This document shows positions 24,879 to 32,000 of a DNA stretch of 32,000 nt, in pieces. Numbering within the stretch: the first letter of the stretch is position 1; every line of letters begins with the position of its first letter. Source of the DNA: an archaeon GW2011_AR10. GTDB lineage: Archaea; Iainarchaeota; Iainarchaeia; Iainarchaeales; GW2011-AR10. A program made the translations under genes and the position numbers. Below the pieces are notes generated by a model. The model saw only the letters and a list, made by a program, of their open reading frames with translations. It made no database searches and had not been told where the DNA came from. The stretch spans positions 810,001 through 842,000 of the forward strand of contig CP010424.1 in the NCBI GenBank assembly GCA_000830275.1, read 5' to 3'.

Positions 24879-27800
24879 ACACGCAGACAATAATTGCTGA
24901 CCCAGAAATTCAGGAATACTACAAAAAAATAATTGACAGTGTCAGCAATCAGTTCAATGTGGCAAAGGATGCCAGAAAAAAAGGAAAAGACATCAGCGCT
25001 GAAGTTGAGTGCCTTCCTACAATGGACTTAGCGGATAGGACAGAGAACATAATAGGGCCAAAGGGGGTGGCAAAAAGGTACAGAGAAGTTTACACTGAAC
25101 TAAAGGGGGACAGGATAAAGACGATTTTCAAGCTGTTCAAGGAAATAATTGAAGAAAAATGGTGCCATATCCCAGATGCCCAGAAACGCCTTGAGCAAGC
25201 AGTCAAGACTTCGCTTGTGCTGTTAACAGAAGGAGTTGTAGTGGCTCCTCTAGATGGAGTGCCTTCAGTTAGGATAAGCAAAAACCTTGACGGAACAAAG
25301 TACGTTGACATCTACTTTGCAGGGCCTATTAGGGCAGCAGGTGGAACTGCAACGGTTTTTCCGTTAATTCTCGGCGATTATGCCAAAACGCTGCTGGGCC
25401 TCGACAGGTATAAGCCGACAGAGGACGAAGTTGAGAGGTACGTTGAGGAAGTGGCAACATATGACGAAATTGTCTCAAGACAGTACAAGCTTTCAGCTGA
25501 AGAAGTCAGAAAAATTGTGAGAGGCTGCCCTGTATGCATTAATGGGGAACCCACAGAAGACAGGATGGTAACTGCATTCAAGGACCTTGAAAGAATTCCC
25601 TCAAACAAAGTCAGGGGAGGAATGTGCCTTGTAATAAGCGAAGGCATTGGCCTGAAAGCAATGAAAACACTTAGCCTTGCAAAATCGCTTGGCCTTGACT
25701 GGAGCTGGCTTGAAGGAATAATCAAGATCAGCAAGGGAGGCGAAAAAGGGGAAAGCATTCAGCCAAACTACAAGTACCTTACAAGAATTGCAGCAGGAAG
25801 GCCGATTTTTTCTTATCCCTCAAAAATCGGGGGATTCAGGTTAAGGTATGGCAGGGGCAGGAACACAGGAATAATGGGAAAAGCAGTGCACCCGGCAACA
25901 ATGCACTTGCTGGACGAGTTCATCGCAGTCGGAACACAGCTGAAGGTTGAGAGGCCTGGTAAAAGTGCTGAAGTTTTTCCCTGCGATTCAATTGACGGCC
26001 CAATAGTTAAACTGGTTAATGGAGATGTGAGGCAGGTAAATTCTTACAAGGAGGCAATAGAGTTGTCAGAAAAAGTCAAAGAAATACTTTTTCTAGGCGA
26101 CATGCTTGTGTCAATCGGGGATTTCCGCAAGACAGCGCATCCGCTTATGCCAGCAGGCTACTGCCCCGAATGGTGGCTCCTTGACTTGGAAAAAGCGGTT
26201 AAAAAACAAGGCAAAGCACCAAACATTGACTTAGAAAAGATTAGGGCCGCACCAAACAAGGTAGGGCCTTTCAACGCTGTAGAGTTTTCATTGGAGTACG
26301 GGATTCCACTTCACCCAAGGTATGTTCACTTTTACAAGGCACTTGAGGCAAATGAACTGCAAGCCCTAATAGAGGAAAGCCGGAAAGCAGAAAAAGCATT
26401 CAAGGAAACCAAAATCGTTTCAGCGGTTTTCCCGAACAAAGAAAACATTAAACTACTGCTTGAAAAAATCTGCCTGCCGCACAGAGTAAGCAGCAAATGG
26501 ATTGAAATAGGGGAAGAGTTCGCTTACCCTTTCCTCAAAACAATGGGTGCATTCACTGAAGGCAAAATTGAGGAAAAAGAAGATGTGCTTGAAACTTTAA
26601 CTGAAATATCCGGGCTGAAAATAATGGATAAATGTGGAACCTTTATTGGCACCAGAATGGGGAGGCCTGAAGCGGCAAAGCCCAGAAAAATGGTTGGGAA
26701 CCCCCACGTGCTTTTCCCCATCGGTTTGGCAGGCGGACCCACCAGATCAATAAACAAGGCAATGGAAAAAAGCGGTGACGGCTACACCAAAGGAATCAAG
26801 GTGGAAGTGGCACTGTTTAAGTGCAACTTTTGTGGAAAAGTGCTGCCTCAAGCTTACTGCAATGAATGCAATAAGCCTGCAGAAAAAGCATTCCGTTGCC
26901 CAAAATGCTCTAAAACTGCCAGCAGCACAAAATGCAGTAGCTGTGGAAGCGAAACAAATGCATTCAGTGAAAGAAACATCGACCTTGACTCAATCGTTGG
27001 CTTAAGCCTTGAAAACATGAAAATGAAGATGCCTGAGATTGTTAAGGGGGTGAAGGGGCTCATTAACAGCGAAAAAACACCGGAACCAATTGAGAAAGGA
27101 ATCCTAAGAGCTGTTTACGACCTACACATTTTCAGGGATGCAACGATAAGGTATGAAATGCTTAACGCACCGCTGACTCATTTCAAGGCGAGGGAAATCA
27201 GCACAAGTGTGCAGAAGCTAAGAGAGTTAGGCTACGCCCATGACATTAATGGAAAGCCGCTTGAAAAAGAAGACCAGCTGCTTGAGCTTTTTCCGCAGGA
27301 CATAATAGTAAATGAAAACACAATTGAATTCATTTACAGGACAACAAAATTTGTTGACGACGAGCTTGAAAAATTTTATGGATTGGCCCCGTTCTACAAG
27401 CTAAAAGCAAAAGAGGAAGTAATAGGACAGCTTGTTTTGGGGCTTGCACCGCACACTTCCGCAGCTGTTATAGGAAGAGTTATAGGCTACACTCAGGCAA
27501 TGGTCTGCTTTGCACACCCATTCTATCACCTTACAAAAAGAAGAAACGCTGATGGAGACCAAGACAGCATAATGCTGTTAATGGATGCACTGCTTAATTT
27601 TTCAACCCACTACCTTCCATCAACCAGGGGCGGAAGAATGGATGCCCCGCTTGTGTTCACAATTGCATTAAACCCTACAGAAATAGATGACGAAGCGTAC
27701 GAAATCGAAACCTGCACAGCATATCCTTTAGAATTATATGAGAAAAGCCAGGATTTTGTCCCGCCTGACTTTGAATCAATTCCAAAGGTAGCATTAAAGC

Positions 27801-28297
27801 TAGGAAAAAAAGACCAGTATACCGGCATAAACTTCACTCATGGCACGGATGACTTTGCGGAAGGCCCAAAAGTGTCAAACTATGTAAGGCTGAAAACAAT
27901 GGAGGAGAAAATCAACAGGCAGGCAAAGCTTCAGGGAAAAATAAGGGCTGTAGAGAAAAAGGACGCATTGGAAAGGGTCCTGGTTTCGCATTTTTTGCCT
28001 GACATAATAGGGAATGCTCGCGCCTTCAGCAGGCAGAACTTCAGGTGCACCAACTGCAATGCAAAGCACAGAAGAATTCCATTGAACGGAAAATGCTCCA
28101 AGTGCGGGAAAGAAAGCATTATACTGACGATTGCCCACGGCTCGGTAATAAAATACCTCAAGATTGCAAAGGAAATAACCAATTCGTACAACCTGAGCAA
28201 TTATTTGAAGCAGCGTATCGACTTAATAGAAAAAGAAGTTTCAAGCATTTTCACCGACAAGAAAACAGGGCAAAAAAGCCTGTCCGAATTCGCATGA
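24875..28297 (+). CDS. polC: DNA polymerase II (PolD) large subunit DP2, catalytic; no intein
   Basis: 1140 aa. Conserved DP2 blocks (AAGRPIFSYPSKIGGFRLRYGRGRNTG; GLAPHTSAAVIGRVIGYT; KRRNADGDQDSIML; TRGGRMDAPLV). Zn modules CNFCG...CNEC...CPKC...CSSCG and CTNC...CSKCG. Continuous with no intein-like insertion. Confidence 0.96.
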   Translation: MNTQTIIADPEIQEYYKKIIDSVSNQFNVAKDARKKGKDISAEVECLPTMDLADRTENIIGPKGVAKRYREVYTELKGDRIKTIFKLFKEIIEEKWCHIPDAQKRLEQAVKTSLVLLTEGVVVAPLDGVPSVRISKNLDGTKYVDIYFAGPIRAAGGTATVFPLILGDYAKTLLGLDRYKPTEDEVERYVEEVATYDEIVSRQYKLSAEEVRKIVRGCPVCINGEPTEDRMVTAFKDLERIPSNKVRGGMCLVISEGIGLKAMKTLSLAKSLGLDWSWLEGIIKISKGGEKGESIQPNYKYLTRIAAGRPIFSYPSKIGGFRLRYGRGRNTGIMGKAVHPATMHLLDEFIAVGTQLKVERPGKSAEVFPCDSIDGPIVKLVNGDVRQVNSYKEAIELSEKVKEILFLGDMLVSIGDFRKTAHPLMPAGYCPEWWLLDLEKAVKKQGKAPNIDLEKIRAAPNKVGPFNAVEFSLEYGIPLHPRYVHFYKALEANELQALIEESRKAEKAFKETKIVSAVFPNKENIKLLLEKICLPHRVSSKWIEIGEEFAYPFLKTMGAFTEGKIEEKEDVLETLTEISGLKIMDKCGTFIGTRMGRPEAAKPRKMVGNPHVLFPIGLAGGPTRSINKAMEKSGDGYTKGIKVEVALFKCNFCGKVLPQAYCNECNKPAEKAFRCPKCSKTASSTKCSSCGSETNAFSERNIDLDSIVGLSLENMKMKMPEIVKGVKGLINSEKTPEPIEKGILRAVYDLHIFRDATIRYEMLNAPLTHFKAREISTSVQKLRELGYAHDINGKPLEKEDQLLELFPQDIIVNENTIEFIYRTTKFVDDELEKFYGLAPFYKLKAKEEVIGQLVLGLAPHTSAAVIGRVIGYTQAMVCFAHPFYHLTKRRNADGDQDSIMLLMDALLNFSTHYLPSTRGGRMDAPLVFTIALNPTEIDDEAYEIETCTAYPLELYEKSQDFVPPDFESIPKVALKLGKKDQYTGINFTHGTDDFAEGPKVSNYVRLKTMEEKINRQAKLQGKIRAVEKKDALERVLVSHFLPDIIGNARAFSRQNFRCTNCNAKHRRIPLNGKCSKCGKESIILTIAHGSVIKYLKIAKEITNSYNLSNYLKQRIDLIEKEVSSIFTDKKTGQKSLSEFA

Positions 28298-28355
28298 CGT
28301 CCTCCCATTCCTAAAGGTAGGGGCTTACAAACATTTACAAAAAGGACGTCTCTTA

Positions 28356-28368
28356 TCCGTCAACGGAA
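28356..28368. repeat. Hairpin motif TCCG-TCAA-CGGA(A) in a convergent intergenic gap (copy 2)
   Basis: Identical 13-mer to 19826-19838. It sits between the PolD stop and the bidirectional terminator hairpin. Confidence 0.3.
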
Positions 28369-28413
28369 AAAATCCACAAAAAAAACCAACTTCCGTTAGG
28401 GAGTGGATTTTTT
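28367..28413. terminator. Bidirectional terminator-like hairpin flanked by A6/T6 runs
   Basis: AAAAAATCCAC (28367-28377) pairs with GTGGATTTTTT (28403-28413), an 11-bp stem. Oligo-T follows the stem on both strands. It is located between convergent polC and the 28420-29142 gene. Confidence 0.5.
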
Positions 28414-28419
28414 GGGTTG

Positions 28420-29142
28420 TTAAAAAAAGCCTACAAACCAAAGAAGCACTATCAGCAGGGCAATTAATAGCAAAACAGTGGGCAGTTTTTCTCTTGTTGA
28501 AACTGCAGAAAAAATAGTGGAAAAGAAACCCTTAATGTATTGCAGCCAAGAAGCAGGGTCCCTTAGTTCTTTAACTGTTTCATGAATTGTTTCACTGAGG
28601 TTTGGCTCCCTCGAGGAAATTGTTTCACCTTTCAGTACGCTGCCGTTTACGGCGTTAACCTGAAGCAAGTAATGCAATCCATCAACTGAAATGTCCGCCG
28701 ACCATATTGGAACATAGAATAGTTCAAAAGCTGAAAGCACTACATTTTGAGGGGCTGCTTTATTCATTGAGGCAACTCTGAGAGCGGCTATTTCCCTGGC
28801 TTCTGCCTCCTTTACTTTTGGTTTTTTGACTTCAAGTTCTTGCTCCGCATCAATTTTGTTGGATAGCTCAAAGTCACTTCTTTCAACAAGCAACGCAACA
28901 TTTTCACTTAACTCGTTAATGAAAGCATTTAATGCCAGCCTCCCCTTTGAGTGGCTTGAAGCAGCTGAGCCTTTGCCCTGCAAGTAGATGTCATAAGAGA
29001 AAAACCAGAACGGAACAAGAAAAAGCTTTGGCGTTCCTACTTCAAATACCAGCCAGTTTTTGGACTTGAGAAATGATTCCAAAATACTTACTGCCTCTGT
29101 CTGGCTGACCCTCAGCTTGAACGCCTGTTTGCTCAAGTACAT
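28420..29142 (-). CDS. Hypothetical tail-anchored protein with two related alpha/beta (PepSY-like?) modules, immediately downstream of sepF
   Basis: 240 aa with a single C-terminal TM (LPTVLLLIALLIVLLWFVGFF) and no N-terminal signal. It has an internal duplication: ...TEAVSILE...KLFLVPFWFFSYDIY...GRLALNAFINEL and ...EAREIAALRV...FELFYVPIWSADISVDG..LLQVNAVNGSVL. Its start lies 31 nt after the sepF stop. Confidence 0.55.
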   Translation of the reverse strand: MYLSKQAFKLRVSQTEAVSILESFLKSKNWLVFEVGTPKLFLVPFWFFSYDIYLQGKGSAASSHSKGRLALNAFINELSENVALLVERSDFELSNKIDAEQELEVKKPKVKEAEAREIAALRVASMNKAAPQNVVLSAFELFYVPIWSADISVDGLHYLLQVNAVNGSVLKGETISSREPNLSETIHETVKELRDPASWLQYIKGFFSTIFSAVSTREKLPTVLLLIALLIVLLWFVGFF

Positions 29143-29173
29143 AAAAAAGAAGAGCAGAAAAAGCTAGTTAAAA

Positions 29174-29533
29174 CTACGCGTTTTCTCTTCTCTTCACAAT
29201 TTTAACTTTGCTGGGCGTTATGAGGACCCTGTCCTGAGAAATCCTTGCGATATCGCCATCAATTTGCTCTATTCCGTCCCTTATCTGGCCGATCATGTCA
29301 CGGAGCTTTATGGCGTTTCTCTTTGAAAGGTCCGAAATGTTCAACAGGATTATGTTGCCTTTCTTTGCCTCGTCAAGAACCATTGTCAAGTCATTGTCTG
29401 TAGTCAATGAAATTGGCTTAACAAAGGCGTCTGCATTCTCGAAAGAGGATTCTTCTTCAACATCAATGTTGTTAAGGAATTCCTCAACATCAATTTCTTC
29501 CCTTTTACCTATCAGTTTTTCAAAAAAAGCCAC
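29174..29533 (-). CDS. sepF: Cell division protein SepF (archaeal FtsZ membrane anchor)
   Basis: N-terminal amphipathic MAFFEKLIGK, an acidic linker, and a SepF core with KKGNIILLNISDL and DGDIARISQDRVLITPSKVKIV, closely mirroring haloarchaeal SepF. GTG start preceded by GGGGTGAT. Confidence 0.88.
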   Translation of the reverse strand: MAFFEKLIGKREEIDVEEFLNNIDVEEESSFENADAFVKPISLTTDNDLTMVLDEAKKGNIILLNISDLSKRNAIKLRDMIGQIRDGIEQIDGDIARISQDRVLITPSKVKIVKRRENA

Positions 29534-29743
29534 TTGCTATCACCCCTATATTAAAAAAGCGGTATAGAAACTAGCGTCACAAACATTATTTTAATTGTAT
29601 TGTTCAAAAACCCAAAGTGGATATACATAACACAACGGCCATATGCAGTAAGAAAAGTAAAACCGCAGTACCGGAATAGGTTTACTTCCACAACTCCTTA
29701 CTCTTTTAACGAGAACGCCGTTAAGTGTTAAAGGGGCATCTAA

Positions 29744-30952
29744 TTGTATGTTGAAAATATTTTTGAAAAAGAGTTTGCTCGCAATACTGTTTTCATTGAC
29801 CAAAACCTCCTAAGCCCGCACTACACCCCTAAAGAACTGCCTTTCCGGGAAGCACAAATAAAGGAAATTGGTTCTGCTCTTGCAAAAACAATCAAGGGCA
29901 GGAAAGCAGACAACATTTTCATTTACGGAAAAACAGGCACTGGAAAAACCTGCGTAACGCGCTATGCGATACAACAGCTGCTTGATTTCTCGAAAGCAAA
30001 GAACCTGCCGGTCAACGGTGCATATGTTAACTGCAGAACCCATAACAGCAAATACAGGGTGTTGATTAAAATGGTGAAAGATTTCTATCCAGACGAGAAC
30101 TTTCTGGGTTTTTCAGCTGCATTCGTTTACGAAAAACTTGTTGATTACGTCAACCAAGGAAAACAGCTAGTGATAGTGCTTGATGAAATAGACAAAATAA
30201 AGGACTTGGACGAGTTGGTGTACTCTCTTACAAGAGGCAACGATGAAGTGCAAAAAGGCGGCATATCTGTTATAGGCATAAGCAACAACCTGATGTTCAA
30301 GGATCGACTTGACCCGAGAACAAAAAGCAGTTTATGCGAGCAGGAAATGATTTTTCCGCCTTACAATGCACCAGAGTTGCGGGAAATACTGAAACAGCGC
30401 GCTGAAAAAGCATTCAAAAAAGGAGTTGTAGATGAGTCAGCAATCAATCTCTCTGCTGCAATAGCTGCACAGGAATCAGGAGATGCGAGAACTGCGCTAA
30501 TGCTGCTGCTTCGCGCAGGAGAAATCGCTGACAGAAAGAACATGGAAGAAGTAACAGATGCAGAAGTGAAAAAAGCAAAAAGCAAAGTGGAAGAAGAAAT
30601 AATTCTGAACATGATAAGCACCCTCCCACAACAACAACAACTTGTGTTGTACGCAATTTCAAGCCTCAGCATAAACAAGAACGGAATCAGAAAGCTTACT
30701 GGGCAAATTGAGGAAGGAGTGTTCTTTTCCGGGGATATCTACGAGGAATACAAAAAAATGGCCAAGAGAATCAAGGAAGAGGTTGTTTCAGCAAGATGGT
30801 ACAGGCAGTACATAAGCGAGCTGGAAATGTATGGCCTGATAGTTTCAACTGCTTCAGGAAAAGGGATCAAAGGCCAGACAAGGCTGATAAAGCTCGGCTT
30901 CGACGCAGGCAAAGTACACGACGTAATAGAAAAAGAACTTATGTATAATTAA
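29744..30952 (+). CDS. cdc6: Orc1/Cdc6 replication initiator
   Basis: N-terminal LSPHYTPKELPFREAQIKEI, Walker A GKTGTGKT, Walker B VLDEID, sensor regions, and a C-terminal winged helix. TTG 29744 is the first possible start (in-frame TAA at 29741-29743) and gives the conserved N-terminus. Confidence 0.93.
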   Translation: MYVENIFEKEFARNTVFIDQNLLSPHYTPKELPFREAQIKEIGSALAKTIKGRKADNIFIYGKTGTGKTCVTRYAIQQLLDFSKAKNLPVNGAYVNCRTHNSKYRVLIKMVKDFYPDENFLGFSAAFVYEKLVDYVNQGKQLVIVLDEIDKIKDLDELVYSLTRGNDEVQKGGISVIGISNNLMFKDRLDPRTKSSLCEQEMIFPPYNAPELREILKQRAEKAFKKGVVDESAINLSAAIAAQESGDARTALMLLLRAGEIADRKNMEEVTDAEVKKAKSKVEEEIILNMISTLPQQQQLVLYAISSLSINKNGIRKLTGQIEEGVFFSGDIYEEYKKMAKRIKEEVVSARWYRQYISELEMYGLIVSTASGKGIKGQTRLIKLGFDAGKVHDVIEKELMYN

Positions 30953-30956
30953 CAAA

Positions 30957-32000
30957 TTATGTTATCTGCTTCTTAACATTTAAAGCAACTTTAGGGGGAA
31001 GCAATCTCTGCAAGTCAAGCAAATCAACTTTTTTTAGTTCGGCAATTGATTTGATCCCAGCATTGAAAAGCTTTCTTGCTCTTACTCTTCCAATACCGCG
31101 AACCTCGCATAGGTAAATTAGCTCCTCCTTAATCCCTGATTTAAGCCTTTTTCTCATCTTATTCAGTCTTGGCAGATGCTCTTTTAATTCAAGGAGCTTT
31201 GCCAGCTCAAATGCAGCGTAGGCAAGCCAGTCAGCGCGCTGCATTTTTGCATGCAGGATTCCTGGCTGGACATTAAAGGAATCAACAAGGTTTTGCTCGG
31301 AAACCTCCCCAATCCAGTCCTTCAACATTAAGGAAGTATGATACTTTGAAAGCAAATTATAATCGGAAAACATTTCCAATTCAACGTTTATTGGCAGCAA
31401 ATGCTTTTCCTGTTGCAAACGTTCCCATAACTCCGCCTGCCTGCTTCTTGAAACAGAAAGCAAAGGATAAAACTCGGAAGTATTTGAAATAAGGAAAAGG
31501 TAAGACAAGTCATTGAATTTGTTTTTCCTCAGCCCTTCGGTTATTTCATACGCTGAAACCGGGTCAAGGTAGAGCTCCACTACTCTTCTCCCAATAGGGG
31601 TTACATCAATCCTTTTCTCGGAGCTATGCACGAACCCCATTTCTTCTAGCTCTTGCAAAATAGTGGTTATTTTCCTGAAAAGCTCTGAAAGGTTGCCGAA
31701 CTGCTTGGCGTAAAAGGTTGCTGAAAAAAATTTTTCAGCTGAATCCAGGTCAAAAATAAAACCGCTTGAAATCGCTGCAAGCAAATGGAAGCGCAGATTT
31801 GATTCAATGCCGAGCCTCGAATCAATGTTCTCAATTTTGCCATTAATGAAGTAATCAAAGTAATCATCTTTCTCAAAATCGGTTTTAGCAATTAAAATTG
31901 CTTCTCCCTCAGAATCAAAGGCTGGCCGACCTGCTCTGCCACACATTTGTTTGAATTCTGAAACAGGCAGTTTTTCCATTCCAAAGCCGCTGTACCTGTA
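30957..32000 (-). CDS. hel308: Hel308/Ski2-like DNA helicase, C-terminal part (5' end beyond window)
   Basis: The frame stays open to base 32000 (..YRYSGFGMEKLP). Helicase motif VI QMCGRAGRP, a ratchet/WH domain, and a C-terminal HhH (GIGRVRARKLFNAGIKSIAEL). Confidence 0.88.
   Translation of the reverse strand, partial: YRYSGFGMEKLPVSEFKQMCGRAGRPAFDSEGEAILIAKTDFEKDDYFDYFINGKIENIDSRLGIESNLRFHLLAAISSGFIFDLDSAEKFFSATFYAKQFGNLSELFRKITTILQELEEMGFVHSSEKRIDVTPIGRRVVELYLDPVSAYEITEGLRKNKFNDLSYLFLISNTSEFYPLLSVSRSRQAELWERLQQEKHLLPINVELEMFSDYNLLSKYHTSLMLKDWIGEVSEQNLVDSFNVQPGILHAKMQRADWLAYAAFELAKLLELKEHLPRLNKMRKRLKSGIKEELIYLCEVRGIGRVRARKLFNAGIKSIAELKKVDLLDLQRLLPPKVALNVKKQIT

Noticed and set aside
24875-28297. 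Intein or other insertion in the PolD large subunit.
   Set aside because: The length (1140 aa) and the uninterrupted conserved DP2 blocks leave no room for an intein. No Cys/Ser-...-HN splice-junction module was seen.
29679-29697. A canonical ORB / mini-ORB (Orc1-binding box) at TTTACTTCCACAACTCC.
   Set aside because: It is only a single copy with a partial TTCCA core. It lacks the GGAAAC half and the G-string, and there is no inverted partner across an unwinding element. It is kept only as part of a low-confidence origin hypothesis.
1-32000. CRISPR arrays, transposases or IS elements, integrases, prophage genes, and defence systems.
   Set aside because: No spaced direct-repeat array and no recognisable mobile-element or defence-gene translation appears in any listed ORF. 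The only repeats seen are short promoter or terminator-scale palindromes.

Overview
The window is a gene-dense, housekeeping stretch of an archaeal chromosome, and I could not identify a self-evident complete new system in it. All calls come from reading the ORF translations and the raw sequence, with no database search.

**Lineage.** The archaeal assignment rests on PolD DP1/DP2, Orc1/Cdc6, aIF2-gamma, aIF5B, Rpo7/Spt4, e-type ribosomal proteins, Kae1/Bud32, CDP-archaeol synthase and archaeal SepF. The compact genes, Lys/Glu-rich tails and bacterial-type add-ons (grpE-dnaK-dnaJ, an HPF-like protein) fit an uncultivated, possibly DPANN-like lineage. I cannot resolve taxonomy from this sequence alone.

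**Layout.**
- 1-7052 (+): an information-processing super-operon, infB-rps6e-eif2g-PIN-rpoE-spt4-rps24e-rps27ae-CPBP protease-sua5-kae1, with many 4-nt start/stop overlaps.
- 7058-8207 (-): wHTH regulator, 2-TM protein and an HPF/RaiA-like protein, divergent from grpE-dnaK-dnaJ (8382-11983).
- 12131-17173: valS, an orphan signal-anchored protein, bud32, rps15, an unlisted 38-codon ORF, and rps3ae.
- 17178-22582: an envelope block of DUF92 (VTE6-like), SppA, CarS coupled to a mini archaeosortase, and secF-secD.
- 22583-23054: a 472-bp non-coding gap.
- 23055-32000: UPF0147-DP1-DP2, then SepF plus an orphan tail-anchored protein, orc1/cdc6, and a 5'-truncated hel308.

No CRISPR array, transposase, rRNA or canonical tRNA was seen.

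**Most interesting leads.**
1. A promoter-to-oligo-T unit with a four-helix fold in the 472-bp gap upstream of the PolD operon. It could be a new ncRNA, a regulatory leader, or origin-associated repeats.
2. SepF followed closely on the same strand by an uncharacterised tail-anchored protein built from a duplicated module.
3. An HPF/RaiA-like beta-alpha-beta-beta-beta-alpha protein in an archaeal stress locus, opposite dnaK, with a perfect palindrome over the grpE promoter.
4. A CarS-archaeosortase GTGA overlap that links lipid activation to protein anchoring.
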